DNA of 64,000 nucleotides from an uncultured Planctomycetota bacterium (GTDB lineage: Bacteria; Planctomycetota; Planctomycetia; Isosphaerales; Isosphaeraceae): positions 128,001 through 192,000 of the forward strand of contig CAVTTN010000002.1 of assembly GCA_963737655.1 (NCBI GenBank), read 5' to 3'. Under the pieces are notes generated by a model. The model saw only the letters and a program-made list of their open reading frames with translations, ran no database searches and was not told the origin of the DNA. The stretch's first letter is position 1, and every line of letters begins with the position of its first letter. The position numbers were made by a program, and so were the translations under genes. Below are positions 31,543-41,817 of the stretch, piece by piece.

Positions 31543-32310
31543 TCACCCATGCCAGCCGCCGTCGACTTCCAGGACATGCCCCGTCACATACGAGGCCAAC
31601 GGGCTGACCAGGAAGAGGACGGCCGAAGCCACCTCGTCCGGCGTCCCGAACCGTCCCAGGGGGATCGACCGCGACATCCCGAGCCGGACGTCCTCCGAGA
31701 CGGCCGCCATCATCGGCGTGTCGATCACTCCGGGAGCCACGGCGTTGACGCGGATGCCCCGTCGAGAGCACTCCCGGCTCAAGACCCGGGTCAACCCGTG
31801 GACCCCCGCCTTCGCCGCGGCGTAATTCGATTGGCCGTGAAAGCCCGCCGTCGCCGAAAGGCTGCCCAGGTTCACGATCGCGCCGTGGTCCCTCATGACC
31901 TCCAGGCCGTACTTGCAGCCGAAGAAGACCCCCGAAAGGTTCGTGTCGAGGACGGCCCGCCACTCGTCGAGCGTCATCTTCGCGATCGAGCGGTCGCGGA
32001 GGATTCCGGCGTTATTGACCAGGATATCCAGCCCGCCGAAGCCGTCCCGGACGGCCGCCATCATGGACCGGACGGCTTCCGCGTCGGAGACGTCGGCGGC
32101 GACCACCGCGGCCGATCCCGGGCGCTCGGCGTTCCGTTCGGCGGCGAGGGCCTCGGCATCGGCGCGGGTCTGGCCGTCGCCGAGGTCCGGGTGGTTCAAG
32201 ATCACCGAGGCCCCGGCGAGGTGGAGGGTCCGGGCGATCCGGGCCCCGATGCCCTGAGAGGCCCCCGTGACGAGGGCGACCTTCCCACTCAAGTCGATCT
32301 CGATGGGCAC
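31543..32310 (-). CDS. SDR oxidoreductase, FabG-like
   Basis: TGASQGIG, NNAGILRD, YAAAK, NAVAPG; directly follows accD. Confidence 0.88.
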   Translation of the reverse strand: MPIEIDLSGKVALVTGASQGIGARIARTLHLAGASVILNHPDLGDGQTRADAEALAAERNAERPGSAAVVAADVSDAEAVRSMMAAVRDGFGGLDILVNNAGILRDRSIAKMTLDEWRAVLDTNLSGVFFGCKYGLEVMRDHGAIVNLGSLSATAGFHGQSNYAAAKAGVHGLTRVLSRECSRRGIRVNAVAPGVIDTPMMAAVSEDVRLGMSRSIPLGRFGTPDEVASAVLFLVSPLASYVTGHVLEVDGGWHG

Positions 32311-32337
32311 GGCCCGCCTCCTGAACCCCGGGCGATC

Positions 32338-33165
32338 TCACGGAGACACGTAGTCGAGGATCTGGGCGACCTCGCTCCGCAGGTCCTTGCGATGGACGAT
32401 CCGGTCGATGAAGCCATGATCGAGCAGGAACTCGCTCGTCTGGAACCCCTCGGGGAGCTGGACCCGGACGGTCTGGGCGATCACCTTCGGCCCGGCGAAG
32501 CCGATCAACGCCTTGGGCTCGGCCAGGATGACGTCGCCGAGCGAGGCGAAACTGGCGGCCACCCCTCCCATCGTCGGATGGGTCAGGATGCTCAGGAAGA
32601 AGCCTCCGGCCTCGTGGTGACGCGCCAGCGCCGCCGAGACCTTGGCCATCTGCATCAAGGAATAGATGCCCTCGTGCATCCGCGCCCCGCCGCCCGAGCC
32701 GCTGACGATAATCATCGGCAGGTTCCGGCGGGTCGCGGCCTCGATCGCCCGGGTCAGCTTCTCGCCGACGACCGAGCCCATCGAACCCATGATGAACCCG
32801 CTGTCGGTGAGGCCCAGGACGACGCGAATCCCCTTGACGAAGCCCTGGCCGACGACCGCGGCCTCGTTCAGCCCGGTGCGTTCCTGTTCGGCCTTGATCC
32901 GCTCGGGGTAGGGGCGGCGGTCGTTGAATCCCAGGGGGTCGCCGGGGCGGAGGTCGGCGAACCATTCCTCGAACGTGTCCACGTCGAGCAAGGCCGCGAT
33001 CCGCTCGGCCGCGGGCATGGTGAAGTGGTGCTGGCATTGCGGGCAGACGTTCAGGTTCCGCTCGACTTCCATGCGGAAGAGGGTTGCTCCGCAGCCGTCG
33101 CAGCGCATCCAGACACCCTCGGGGACGCGCTTCGGCTCGAAATGCCCGTGCCAGCTCCTCGCCAT
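32338..33165 (-). CDS. accD: Acetyl-CoA carboxylase carboxyltransferase beta subunit
   Basis: C4 Zn finger, [35 protein letters not shown]. Confidence 0.96.
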   Translation of the reverse strand: MARSWHGHFEPKRVPEGVWMRCDGCGATLFRMEVERNLNVCPQCQHHFTMPAAERIAALLDVDTFEEWFADLRPGDPLGFNDRRPYPERIKAEQERTGLNEAAVVGQGFVKGIRVVLGLTDSGFIMGSMGSVVGEKLTRAIEAATRRNLPMIIVSGSGGGARMHEGIYSLMQMAKVSAALARHHEAGGFFLSILTHPTMGGVAASFASLGDVILAEPKALIGFAGPKVIAQTVRVQLPEGFQTSEFLLDHGFIDRIVHRKDLRSEVAQILDYVSP

Positions 33166-33185
33166 CCGTCATCTCCCTCGGTCTC

Positions 33186-33776
33186 TCACGAGATCCTCGC
33201 CGAAGGCCGGTTGCCGTCCTGGGGCCCGACCTCAATCTTCTCAAAATCCCCCGTGGCGATCGGGTCGTCCAGGTGGACCTTCGGATCCCCTCGGAGGAAT
33301 CCGGAGATCAGGGGGGCCAGCGGTTCCCCGGCGACCAGGCCGATCGTCTCTCCCCGATGCCGACGGATTAGCGGCTTGATCGCGGCCTTGATCCGGTCCA
33401 GGGCATCCTCGACGGTCTCCCCCTGCGGAGGACAGATCGTCTGCGGTTCTTCCTGCCACTGACGGAACAATTTCAGGTTGCGCCTCTTGATCTCGTCGAG
33501 CTGGAGGCCCTGCCAGAGGCCCTGATCGAGGTTGCGGAGGCCATCGAGCTTCCGGGGCCTCAGCCCGACGGCCCGGCCCACCGCCTCGGCGGTCCTCTCG
33601 ACGCTTTCGCCCGGTCCGCAGTACAGAGCGGACAGCGACTCGGCCGTCAATCGCTCGGCCAGGCGGGCGACCTCGGCGATCCCTCGTTCGGACAGGGGGA
33701 CATCCAGGATTCCCTGGACCCGATCCTGCTCGTCGTAGACGGTTGCTCCGGGGCGGATCAGGACAACCTGAGTCAT
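33186..33776 (-). CDS. Histidine phosphatase superfamily protein lacking the catalytic His
   Basis: MTQVVLIRPGAT...QGILDVPLSERG...GLWQGL...PPQGET; RHG reads RPG. Confidence 0.85.
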   Translation of the reverse strand: MTQVVLIRPGATVYDEQDRVQGILDVPLSERGIAEVARLAERLTAESLSALYCGPGESVERTAEAVGRAVGLRPRKLDGLRNLDQGLWQGLQLDEIKRRNLKLFRQWQEEPQTICPPQGETVEDALDRIKAAIKPLIRRHRGETIGLVAGEPLAPLISGFLRGDPKVHLDDPIATGDFEKIEVGPQDGNRPSARIS

Positions 33777-33821
33777 GGCGGTGCGATGGAGCCGGCGCCT
33801 TGCGACCCGGGGCATCCCCTC

Positions 33822-34520
33822 TCAGCCAGGCCCGCGGCGGGCCGCCTCGGCCAACTCGGCCAGGGCCGCCGCGTAATTGCCATCGGGACGCCACACGGCC
33901 GATCCCACGACGAGCTGATCCACCCCGGCCGCGACGGCGTCGGCCGCGTTCGTCGCCTTGATCCCGCCATCGATCGACAGCTCCAGCCCCGGCCGGGCGG
34001 ACTTCAGCGCCCGGACCTTCTCCAGGACGCTCGACTCGAAGCTCTGACCACCGAAGCCCGGCATCACGCTCATCACCAGGACCTTGTCCAGCTCGGCAAG
34101 AAACGGCAGGACCGACTCGACCGGGGTGGGCGGATTCAGGGCCAGGGCCGCGCGGCAACCCGCCCGACGGATTCGTCTCAAAAGCTCGGTCGGCTCCGGC
34201 ACCGCCTCGATGTGGACGATCAGGACGTCGCACCCGGCGTCCACGAACGCATCGAGGTAGCGGCCCGGATCGGACATCATCAGGTGGGCGTCGAACGGGA
34301 AGTCGCAGACCGGCCGCCAGTCGGCGATCACCGGAGGGCCGTAACTCAGATTCGGGACGAAATGGCCGTCCATCACGTCGAGGTGGACGGCCTGGACCCC
34401 GGCCGCTTTCAGCGAGTCGAGCTCGTCGCCGATCCTGGCGAAGTCGCAATCCAGGATCGACGGCGAGACGAACGGTCGGGGGACCGCGTCGAGGGCCTCG
34501 AGCCGTTCGGGACGTTCCAC
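33822..34520 (-). CDS. rpe: Ribulose-phosphate 3-epimerase
   Basis: SPSIL, HLDVMDGHFVPNLSYG, MSVMPGFGGQ, IDGGI. Confidence 0.96.
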   Translation of the reverse strand: MERPERLEALDAVPRPFVSPSILDCDFARIGDELDSLKAAGVQAVHLDVMDGHFVPNLSYGPPVIADWRPVCDFPFDAHLMMSDPGRYLDAFVDAGCDVLIVHIEAVPEPTELLRRIRRAGCRAALALNPPTPVESVLPFLAELDKVLVMSVMPGFGGQSFESSVLEKVRALKSARPGLELSIDGGIKATNAADAVAAGVDQLVVGSAVWRPDGNYAAALAELAEAARRGPG

Positions 34521-34583
34521 CGTCGGGGCCTTTCCGAGGCGATCGGCGGACGGCCCGACTCGGGCCCAAGCCGCCGGGTCGCC

Positions 34584-35774
34584 TCAACGATCCGGGATCA
34601 CCTTCAACGAGTTGAACTGCTTGCCTTCGAGGGCTTCGAGGAACGCCCCGCCGCCGGTCGAGACGTGGGAGACCTTCTCGGCGAAGCCGAATTGATCGAC
34701 CGCCTCGGCCGTCTCCCCGCCGCCGACGGCCGTGATCGCGCCGGAGGTCGCCAGGGCATAGGCGATCCCCTTCGTCCCGTGGGAGAACGGCGCGATCTCG
34801 AACTTGCCCACCGGGCCGTTCCAGACCACCGTACCCGCGCCGTGGATCAGGTCCGAGAAAAGCAGGACGGTCTTCGGGCCGATGTCGAACCCCTCCCAGC
34901 CATCGGGGATGTCCAATCCGTCGATGATCCGGGTGTTGGCCGAGGCGTCCATCTTGTCGGCCACGAGGAAATCGACCGGCAGGACGAGCTTGTCCCCGGC
35001 CTTCGCCTTCAGGGCCCGTGCGGTTTCCACCAGGTCCGGTTCGACCAGGCTGTTTCCGGTCGAGTGACCGTCGGCCTTCAGGAACGTGTAGCTCATCGCC
35101 CCGCCGATCAGGAGCTTCTGGACCCGGGGCAGGAGGTTCTCGATCAGTCCGAGCTTGGTCGAGACCTTCGCCCCTCCCATCACGGCCACCAGAGGGGGTT
35201 TCGGATGGGCCAGGAGGGTGTCGATGATCTCCAGCTCCTTCTCGACGAGGAAGCCGATGCCCCTCTTCTCGGGAGCGAACTGCTCGGGGACGGCGACCAT
35301 CGAGGCTTCGTCCCGATGGCAGGTTCCGAAGGCGTCGTTGACGTAAACGTCGGCCAGGCTGGCCATTTCCTTCGCGAAGGCCGGGTCGCCCTTCTTCTCG
35401 CCCTTGTTGAACCGGACGTTTTCGAGGACGACGATCCCGCCGGGCTGGAGGGCGGCGCAGGCGGCCTTCGCCTCGGGTCCAACCGTGTCGCCAACCTTCG
35501 TGACGGGTCGCCCGATCAGGGCCTGAAGGCGTTCGGCGACCTTGTCCAGGCGAAACGGCCTGTCGGCCTCGGGGTCGCCCGAAGGACGGCCGAGATGACT
35601 CACGAGGATCAGGCTGCCGCCGTGGTCCAGGACGTGCTGGAGGGTCGGGAACGCCGCCTTGATCCGGCGGTCGTCGGAAACGTCCCCCTCGGGAGTCTGG
35701 GGGACGTTGAAATCGACCCGGACGAGCACTTTTTTCCCGGAGAGATCCAGGTCGCGGACGGTCTGCTTCGGCAT
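34584..35774 (-). CDS. pgk: Phosphoglycerate kinase
   Basis: RVDFNVP, SHLGRP, LENVRF, NDAFGTCHR, GGAKVS, STGGGA. Confidence 0.97.
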   Translation of the reverse strand: MPKQTVRDLDLSGKKVLVRVDFNVPQTPEGDVSDDRRIKAAFPTLQHVLDHGGSLILVSHLGRPSGDPEADRPFRLDKVAERLQALIGRPVTKVGDTVGPEAKAACAALQPGGIVVLENVRFNKGEKKGDPAFAKEMASLADVYVNDAFGTCHRDEASMVAVPEQFAPEKRGIGFLVEKELEIIDTLLAHPKPPLVAVMGGAKVSTKLGLIENLLPRVQKLLIGGAMSYTFLKADGHSTGNSLVEPDLVETARALKAKAGDKLVLPVDFLVADKMDASANTRIIDGLDIPDGWEGFDIGPKTVLLFSDLIHGAGTVVWNGPVGKFEIAPFSHGTKGIAYALATSGAITAVGGGETAEAVDQFGFAEKVSHVSTGGGAFLEALEGKQFNSLKVIPDR

Positions 35775-35847
35775 GGGTGGCGCGATTCCAGGAGGAAGGC
35801 CCGGGGGCCCTGGCCCTCGGGCTCGGACGATCACCGGTCGGGGCCGA

Positions 35848-36855
35848 TCAGGCCAGGGCGGCGACCTTGGTGATGAGCTCGGCGGTCCGGCAGGAGTAGC
35901 CCCACTCGTTGTCGTACCAGGCGATGACCTTGGCGAGGTTCCCCTGGATCACGTTCGTCCACTCGGCCATGAAGATGCACGAGTGCGGGTTGCCGATGAT
36001 GTCGCCCGAGACCAGCGGGTCGGTGGCGTACTCGATCACGCCCTTCATCGGCCCCTCGGCGGCCTTCTGGATCGCGCCGTTGATCTCGTCCTTGGTCACG
36101 TCCCTCTTGAGCATGATCGTCAGGTCGGTGATCGATCCATCAGGGACGGGGACGCGGAGGGCGTAGCCGGTGAGCTTGCCGTTGAGGTCGGGGATCACCT
36201 CGCCCACGGCCTTGGCGGCGCCGGTGGTCGAGGGGATGATGTTCACGGCGGCGGCCCGGGCCCGGTACATGTCCGTATGGACCTGGTCGGCCACGCGCTG
36301 GTCGTTGGTGTAGGCGTGGCAGGTCGTCATCAGGCCCTTCTCGATCCCGAAGGTCTCGTGCAGGACCTTGGCCATCGGCGCCAGGCAATTCGTCGTGCAG
36401 CTCGCGTTGGAGAGGATGCGGTGCTCGGGCTTGAGCTCGTGATCATTCACGCCGATCACGCACGTGAGGTCCAGCTTGTCCTTGGCGGGCGCGGAGAGGA
36501 TCACGCGCTCGGCGCCGGCGTCGATGTGCTTCTGGAGCGACGCCTTGTTCGTGAAGAAGCCGGTAGACTCCAGGGCGACCTGGCAATTCAGGGCCTTCCA
36601 GGGGAGGTTGGCCGGGTCTTTCTCCTGGGTGATCTTGATGTGCCGGCCGTTGACGACCAGGCCGCCCTCGGCGGCCTCGACGGTGCCGTCGAACCGGCCG
36701 TGGACGCTGTCGTACTTCAGGAGCATGGCCAGATGCTTGGCGTCCGACAGGTCGTTGATCGCGACGATCTCATAGTCCTGGGGCTTCGCCGCCATCACGC
36801 GAAACACCAGCCGCCCGATCCGACCGAACCCGTTGATCCCGACACGAACCGCCAT
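35848..36855 (-). CDS. gap: Type I glyceraldehyde-3-phosphate dehydrogenase
   Basis: [30 protein letters not shown]. Confidence 0.98.
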   Translation of the reverse strand: MAVRVGINGFGRIGRLVFRVMAAKPQDYEIVAINDLSDAKHLAMLLKYDSVHGRFDGTVEAAEGGLVVNGRHIKITQEKDPANLPWKALNCQVALESTGFFTNKASLQKHIDAGAERVILSAPAKDKLDLTCVIGVNDHELKPEHRILSNASCTTNCLAPMAKVLHETFGIEKGLMTTCHAYTNDQRVADQVHTDMYRARAAAVNIIPSTTGAAKAVGEVIPDLNGKLTGYALRVPVPDGSITDLTIMLKRDVTKDEINGAIQKAAEGPMKGVIEYATDPLVSGDIIGNPHSCIFMAEWTNVIQGNLAKVIAWYDNEWGYSCRTAELITKVAALA

Positions 36856-36956
36856 GGGCATCCAGCTCCAGCAAATGAAGAGGGATCGGCCCGAGTGCCT
36901 CTCGTCTCGAAGGCCCTGCCTCGGCGCAAACCGTCCCCGGCTACCAGCGAGCTCGG

Positions 36957-36986
36957 ATTCTACTGACCCCCCGGACCGGCTGTCAA
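36957..36986 (-). promoter_or_regulatory. sigma70 promoter of the gap operon
   Basis: Minus strand TTGACA-N18-TAGAAT. Confidence 0.65.
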
Positions 36987-37006
36987 CGAGTCGGGCCGAC
37001 CCGGGA

Positions 37007-37036
37007 TTGACGACCCATCACCCCCGACGGTACATT
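37007..37036 (+). promoter_or_regulatory. sigma70 promoter of tRNA-Thr
   Basis: TTGACG-N18-TACATT, 10 nt before the tRNA. Confidence 0.65.
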
Positions 37037-37046
37037 CCTCAAGCAC

Positions 37047-37119
37047 GCCACCGTAGCTCAATCGGCAGAGCACCGCTTTCGTAAAGCGGGGGTTAAGAGT
37101 TCGACTCTCTTCGGTGGCT
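37047..37119 (+). tRNA. tRNA-Thr(CGT), CCA not encoded
   Basis: Acceptor stem GCCACCG/CGGTGGC, D arm GCTC/GAGC, anticodon stem CCGCT/AGCGG with loop TTCGTAA, T arm AAGAG-TTCGACT-CTCTT. Confidence 0.96.
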
Positions 37120-37140
37120 CTCGGGCCGACTGGTCCAAGG

Positions 37141-38479
37141 TCAAATCAATTCGGCGATCGGGACGAACTCATCCAGCAGGGCCATCGGCCTCCCCGCGCG
37201 GTCGGGCAGCGTCGTCGTCGGGCTGATCCCGAGGTTGTGGTAGAGGGTCGCAAAGACGTTCTGGAACGAGACGGGCCGGTCCTTCGGCGATCCGGCCCAG
37301 CGGTCGGTCGAGCCGATGACCTGGCCGGTCTTCATCCCTCCTCCGGCGAGCAGGGCACAGGAGACCTTCGGCCAGTGCTCCCGACCGCCGTTGGCGTTGA
37401 TCGTCGGGCTCCGGCCGAACTCCCCCCAGGCGATGACCGTCACGTCCTTGTCGAGCCCCTCTCATGTGGAGATCCTCGATCAGGGCCGAGAGGGCGACAT
37501 CCAGCTTGGGGAGCTGGACGCGGCAGCGGGGGAAGTTCTGCGAGTGGTTGTCCCACCGGCCGAACCCGACGGTCACGACCCTCGCGCCCGCCTCGACCAA
37601 TCGCCGGGCCATCAGGAATTGATCGTTCCAGCACGGGCCGCCGTCCAGCATGTTCGCGGGTTCTCCGAACCCATAACGGGCCCGGATCTTCGGGTCTTCC
37701 CGGGTCACGTCCAGGGCCCGGGCCAGCTCTCGGGACGAGAGGATGTCGAACGCGGTCTTCTGGAATGAGTCCAGGCCCGTCGTGATCGCCGAGCGATCGA
37801 CGGCCCGGCGGAGGCCGTCGAGCTTGTGGAGGAGGTTCCGGCGGTTCCCGACCCTTCCGAGGCTCAGCCCCTGCCGAGACAGGTCGGGCAGTTCGGCGCC
37901 GTTGGGCTGATAGGGGGCGTGGGCGAGGCCGAGGTAACCCGGGTCGCCGTTGTCGGACCAGGGTTTGTACGTCATCTTCCCGGACAGTCCGATGAATGGC
38001 GGGACCTCCTCGACCATCGGTCCCTGGACCTTCGAGACGACCGAACCGAGGCTCGGCCTACCTCCTTGCCGCTTGCTCTCGCCCGAGGTGAAGCCGGTCA
38101 GGCACTGGAAGGCGGCGTGTTCGTCCTTCGCACCGACGACGGCGCGGAGGACGGCCACCTTGTCCATGATCCGGGCCATGTTGGGCATCAGCTCGCAGAT
38201 GTCCAGGCCGGGGACGTTCGTCGGGATCGGCTGGAACTCGCCCCGGATGCCGGAGGGCGCGCCGGGCTTGAGATCGACCGTATCCTGGTGGGCGGGCCCT
38301 CCAGGCAGGAAGACCATGATCACGGCCTTGTGGGATGACTTCACCCCCGAAGCGGCCTCGGCCCGGAGCAGGTCGGGCAAGGCGAGGCCGCCGAGGGCCA
38401 GGCCGCCGACCTTGAGGAAGTCGCGCCGGGAGCGGCCGTCGCAGAACCGGCCTCGTTCTCGCCCGCCGAAGGTCAGCAT
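37141..38479 (-). CDS. DUF1501 domain protein (stand-alone type), frameshifted near 37457
   Basis: [35 protein letters not shown]; one extra G interrupts [19 protein letters not shown] (ORF 37141..37443). Confidence 0.88.
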
Positions 38480-38669
38480 CGGGCCCTCCGCCTCGTTCGG
38501 TCCGCCGTTTCGGATCGAAGTCCCCCATTCAGGATGGGGATCGGGCCGACGGCCCCGCCGGGCTCAATTTCATCGCGCGGCGGTTCATTCTCCTTCCAAC
38601 AAACCGCGCGCCGGGGGCGGAGTCAAGGAGCCGCCCCTCGGCGTGTGGTGTTCGGAAAACCCGTTCCCC

Positions 38670-40040
38670 TCACTTCGCGACGATCCACCGGGCCAGCTCG
38701 CGGAACGTCGGGGCCTTGCCTTGCATCAGGAGGCCGGTTCGAAACACCTTGCCGGCCGCCCAGACGCAGCCGACGGCCGTGAGGGTCGTCAAGACGCCCG
38801 CCAGGGCCACCTGCCAGGCCGGAGGCGCGGGCTTCAGGCACATCCTCATGAGCATCAGAAAGGGCGAGGCCGGGGGGAACAGCGAGAGGCCCACCGCCAT
38901 CGGGCTGGACGGCGCCGTCAGGATCAGGCCCCAGAACATCATCGGGAACATGACCAGGAGCATCGCCGGGGCCAGCAGCGATTGCGAGTCCTTCAGGTCG
39001 GTGCAGGCCGCGCCGACCGCCGAGAAGATCGACCCGTGGATCAGGAGACCCAGGAGGACGGACACCGCCAGCGCCGCCAGAAGACCCGGCGGGACCGCGT
39101 TGCCGTAGCCGAAATAGCAGGCCACGCCATAGCCGCCGGCGATGTAGATCGAGATCATCAGGCAGCCGACCCCCACATTTCCCAGCAGCTTGCCCATCAT
39201 CAGCTCGAACGACGAGACCGAGCCGAGCAGGACCTCGCTGATCTTGCTCATCTTCTCCTCGATCACCGAGTTGAAGAGCAGGGGGGCGCTGGTCATCACC
39301 GCCATGAACACGATGAACATCATCACGCCCGGGACCACGAAGGTCCGAATCGGGTCCACGGGTTCGGCCTGGACGATCGCGGGAGCCTGGGCGGGCGTCC
39401 CCGGGGGCTTCGAACCTCCCCCGGCTACGACGGCCGGCGGGGCGATTGGCATGCCTCGGGAAAGAAGGCCGAGGTTCTCGGCGGGGATGTGCATCTGGAG
39501 TTGCGCGACCTTGGCCGAGTCGATCCCGGAGGCTTCGTAGCGAAGGGTCTGCGCCTGGGCGTTGATCGTCGATTCCAGCCAGCTTCTCAGGTCGAAGTCG
39601 GCCGGCGAGTCGGAATAGTACTTCACGACGGGCGTGGTCGAGGGGGCCAGTTCCCCGACCCCGGCCGGCACCTCCACGAAGGCGTAGAGCTCGCCCCGGC
39701 GGACCTTCTCGGAGAGATCCAGGAGCAACTCCGCATCGGACTGCCCCGCGGGCGTGACCCGCGACGGATAGAACGACGGTCCCAGCGGCTTCTTCCCCTT
39801 TGGATTCATGAACGAATTGCGGAAGTTCGCCGCCGTCTCGATCGCCGGATAGATCTTGCCCTCGGTCCGATCGACCACGGCGAACGCCCGGGGCCGGACG
39901 TCGGTCTTCGCCCCCAGAAACTGGACGATCAGGATCGCCCCGACCATCATCAGGGGGACGAGCAGGACGCTGATCAGGAACGACTTCGCGCGGACCGCGT
40001 TGTTGAACTCGTTGCCGGCGACGACCAGGATCTTATTCAT
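38670..40040 (-). CDS. ABC-2 type exporter permease (NatB-like)
   Basis: N-terminal TM, large loop, SVIEEKMSKISEVLLGSV, MMGKLLG, several C-terminal TM segments. Confidence 0.9.
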   Translation of the reverse strand: MNKILVVAGNEFNNAVRAKSFLISVLLVPLMMVGAILIVQFLGAKTDVRPRAFAVVDRTEGKIYPAIETAANFRNSFMNPKGKKPLGPSFYPSRVTPAGQSDAELLLDLSEKVRRGELYAFVEVPAGVGELAPSTTPVVKYYSDSPADFDLRSWLESTINAQAQTLRYEASGIDSAKVAQLQMHIPAENLGLLSRGMPIAPPAVVAGGGSKPPGTPAQAPAIVQAEPVDPIRTFVVPGVMMFIVFMAVMTSAPLLFNSVIEEKMSKISEVLLGSVSSFELMMGKLLGNVGVGCLMISIYIAGGYGVACYFGYGNAVPPGLLAALAVSVLLGLLIHGSIFSAVGAACTDLKDSQSLLAPAMLLVMFPMMFWGLILTAPSSPMAVGLSLFPPASPFLMLMRMCLKPAPPAWQVALAGVLTTLTAVGCVWAAGKVFRTGLLMQGKAPTFRELARWIVAK

Positions 40041-40958
40041 GGATGGCGGCCCCCGTCTCGATGCCCATGCCGTCGCCGGCGATCCGGACGAAAATATCGT
40101 GCAACGACGGCCGGGCGACCTCGAACAAGGTCACCTCGGTCCGACCGATCAGCCCTCGGAGGATCGCCTGGGGATCGCCCGCGAAGCGGACCTCCTGGAA
40201 ATTCCCCTGATCGTTCACGTCCTCAACCCCCGGAAGCCCTTCGAGGGCCGAGGCCCCGTCGGTCGTCCGGACGCGGAGGGTGTCGGCCTCGTAGGAGGAC
40301 TGGATCTCCCGCATGGTCCCGTCCAGGACGGCCTTGCCCTGGTAGATCATGAAGATCCGGTCGCAGAGCCGCTCGGCCATCCCCATGTCGTGGGTCGAGA
40401 AGACGATCGTGGTCCCCTGCTTCCTCAAATCGAGGACGGCATCCTTGAGGACCTCGGCATTGACGGGATCCAGCCCGGAGAACGGCTCGTCCAGGATCAG
40501 GAGCTCGGGCCCGGGATCACCGCCGCGAGGAACTGGACCTTTTGCGCCATCCCCTTGGACAGGGCCGACACCTTCTTGTCGATCCAGTCGCCCAGGCCCA
40601 TCCGCTCGACCCACCGGCCGATCTCGGCGTCCAGGCCCGCTCCGCCCCTCCCCTTGAGCCGGGCGTAATAGCGAAGGAGGCGGCGAACCGTCATCCGTTT
40701 GTACAGACCTCGCTCCTCGGGGAGGTAAGCGATCCGATCGCGAGCCTCTCGGGGGACGGCGTGGCCCAGGACGGTGATGGTCCCGCTATCGGGTAGGAGG
40801 ATGTTCAGGATCATCCGGAGCGTGGTCGTCTTGCCCGACCCGTTGGGTCCGATCACCCCGTAGAGAGAGCCGGTCGGGACGTTCATCGATACGTCATCGA
40901 CGGCCACATGGGTGCCGAACCGCTTGGTGACACCCTGGATCGCGATCGCCTCGGTCAT
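40033..40958 (-). CDS. ABC transporter ATP-binding protein (NatA-like), frameshifted near 40512
   Basis: GPNGSGKTT, LSKGMAQK, then ILDEPFSGLDP and STH in ORF 40033..40614. Confidence 0.9.
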
Positions 40959-41018
40959 AAAGGGGTTTCCGAAGGAGGATTGCATCGCGAGATCGCGCCG
41001 CGGGAAGGCATTCGTCGG

Positions 41019-41044
41019 TTTTTCGCCAAGATTCTTGCGAAAAA
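41019..41044. promoter_or_regulatory. AT-rich inverted repeat, candidate operator
   Basis: TTTTTCGC(C)AAG-ATT-CTTGCGAAAAA, 11-bp arms with one bulge, between the divergent ABC and suf units. Confidence 0.4.
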
Positions 41045-41058
41045 TCAGTCCGTTCGGA

Positions 41059-41087
41059 TAGACGGGCCGGCGAGAGACCCCTACAAT
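41059..41087 (+). promoter_or_regulatory. sigma70 promoter of the suf operon
   Basis: TAGACG-N17-TACAAT, 24 nt upstream of the ATG at 41112. Confidence 0.6.
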
Positions 41088-41111
41088 ACGACCGACGACG
41101 AGGGCCCCGCC

Positions 41112-41765
41112 ATGACAGAAACTTCCGACCGCCCTCTCCTGGACCTGATCCGGCGGAAGGGACCCATGACGGTGGCGGAAATCGGCGAGGCCCTGGAGGT
41201 CACGCCGACGGCGGTCCGCAATCGCCTGGGTCGGCTCCTGGAGTCGGGCCTGGTGGAGCGTCGGTCCCAGCCGTCGGGCCGCGGTCGTCCCAAACATACT
41301 TACCAGGCGAGTCCCGAGGCCCTCAAGAGGCTTGGCCAGAACTACGCCGACCTGGCGTTCGTCCTCTGGGAAGAGCTCATGAAGACCGTCGAGGACCGGA
41401 AGCTCCGGCGGGTCCTCTTCGGCCGGATCACCGACAAGATGGCCGAGACGTTCCGATCGCAGATCACCGGCGAGGGCTGGGAGGGTCGGCTCGTCCAGCT
41501 CGGCGGCCTCCTGGCCGATCGCGGGGTCGAGGCCGAGGTCCTGGACCGGGACGGAGGCCCCGGGCCGGTCCTGAAGCAACACTCCTGCCCGTACCACGAG
41601 CTGGCCGAGGTCGATCGGGCCGTCTGCGCGATGGAACGCAAGATGTTCGAGAAGGTGCTCGGCCAGGGCCTCCGGCTCAGCCAGTGCCGGCTCGACGGCC
41701 ACCGCTCCTGCGACTTCGAGGCCAAGCCGGCCCTCGTCCCGCCGCCTCCGGCCCATGCCGGCTGA
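41112..41765 (+). CDS. sufR: SufR-like Fe-S-binding winged-HTH regulator
   Basis: N-terminal HTH (TVAEIGEALEVTPTAVRNRLGRL, GRGRPKHTY); C-X12-C-X2-E-X24-C at the C-terminus; first gene of the suf operon. Confidence 0.8.
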   Translation: MTETSDRPLLDLIRRKGPMTVAEIGEALEVTPTAVRNRLGRLLESGLVERRSQPSGRGRPKHTYQASPEALKRLGQNYADLAFVLWEELMKTVEDRKLRRVLFGRITDKMAETFRSQITGEGWEGRLVQLGGLLADRGVEAEVLDRDGGPGPVLKQHSCPYHELAEVDRAVCAMERKMFEKVLGQGLRLSQCRLDGHRSCDFEAKPALVPPPPAHAG

Positions 41766-41817
41766 CCGATTCGTCCGAGACCCGCATCGCCACGCACCCC
41801 CTTCGGGATGGAGACGG

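Noticed and set aside
33186..33776. Annotation as phosphoglycerate mutase (gpmA/gpmB)
   Set aside because: The catalytic His is absent, so no gene symbol was assigned.
37047..37140. tRNA-Thr as an integration site for a genomic island
   Set aside because: No integrase nearby and no duplicated tRNA 3' end seen; GTTCGACTC near 7036 is only a 9-nt chance match.
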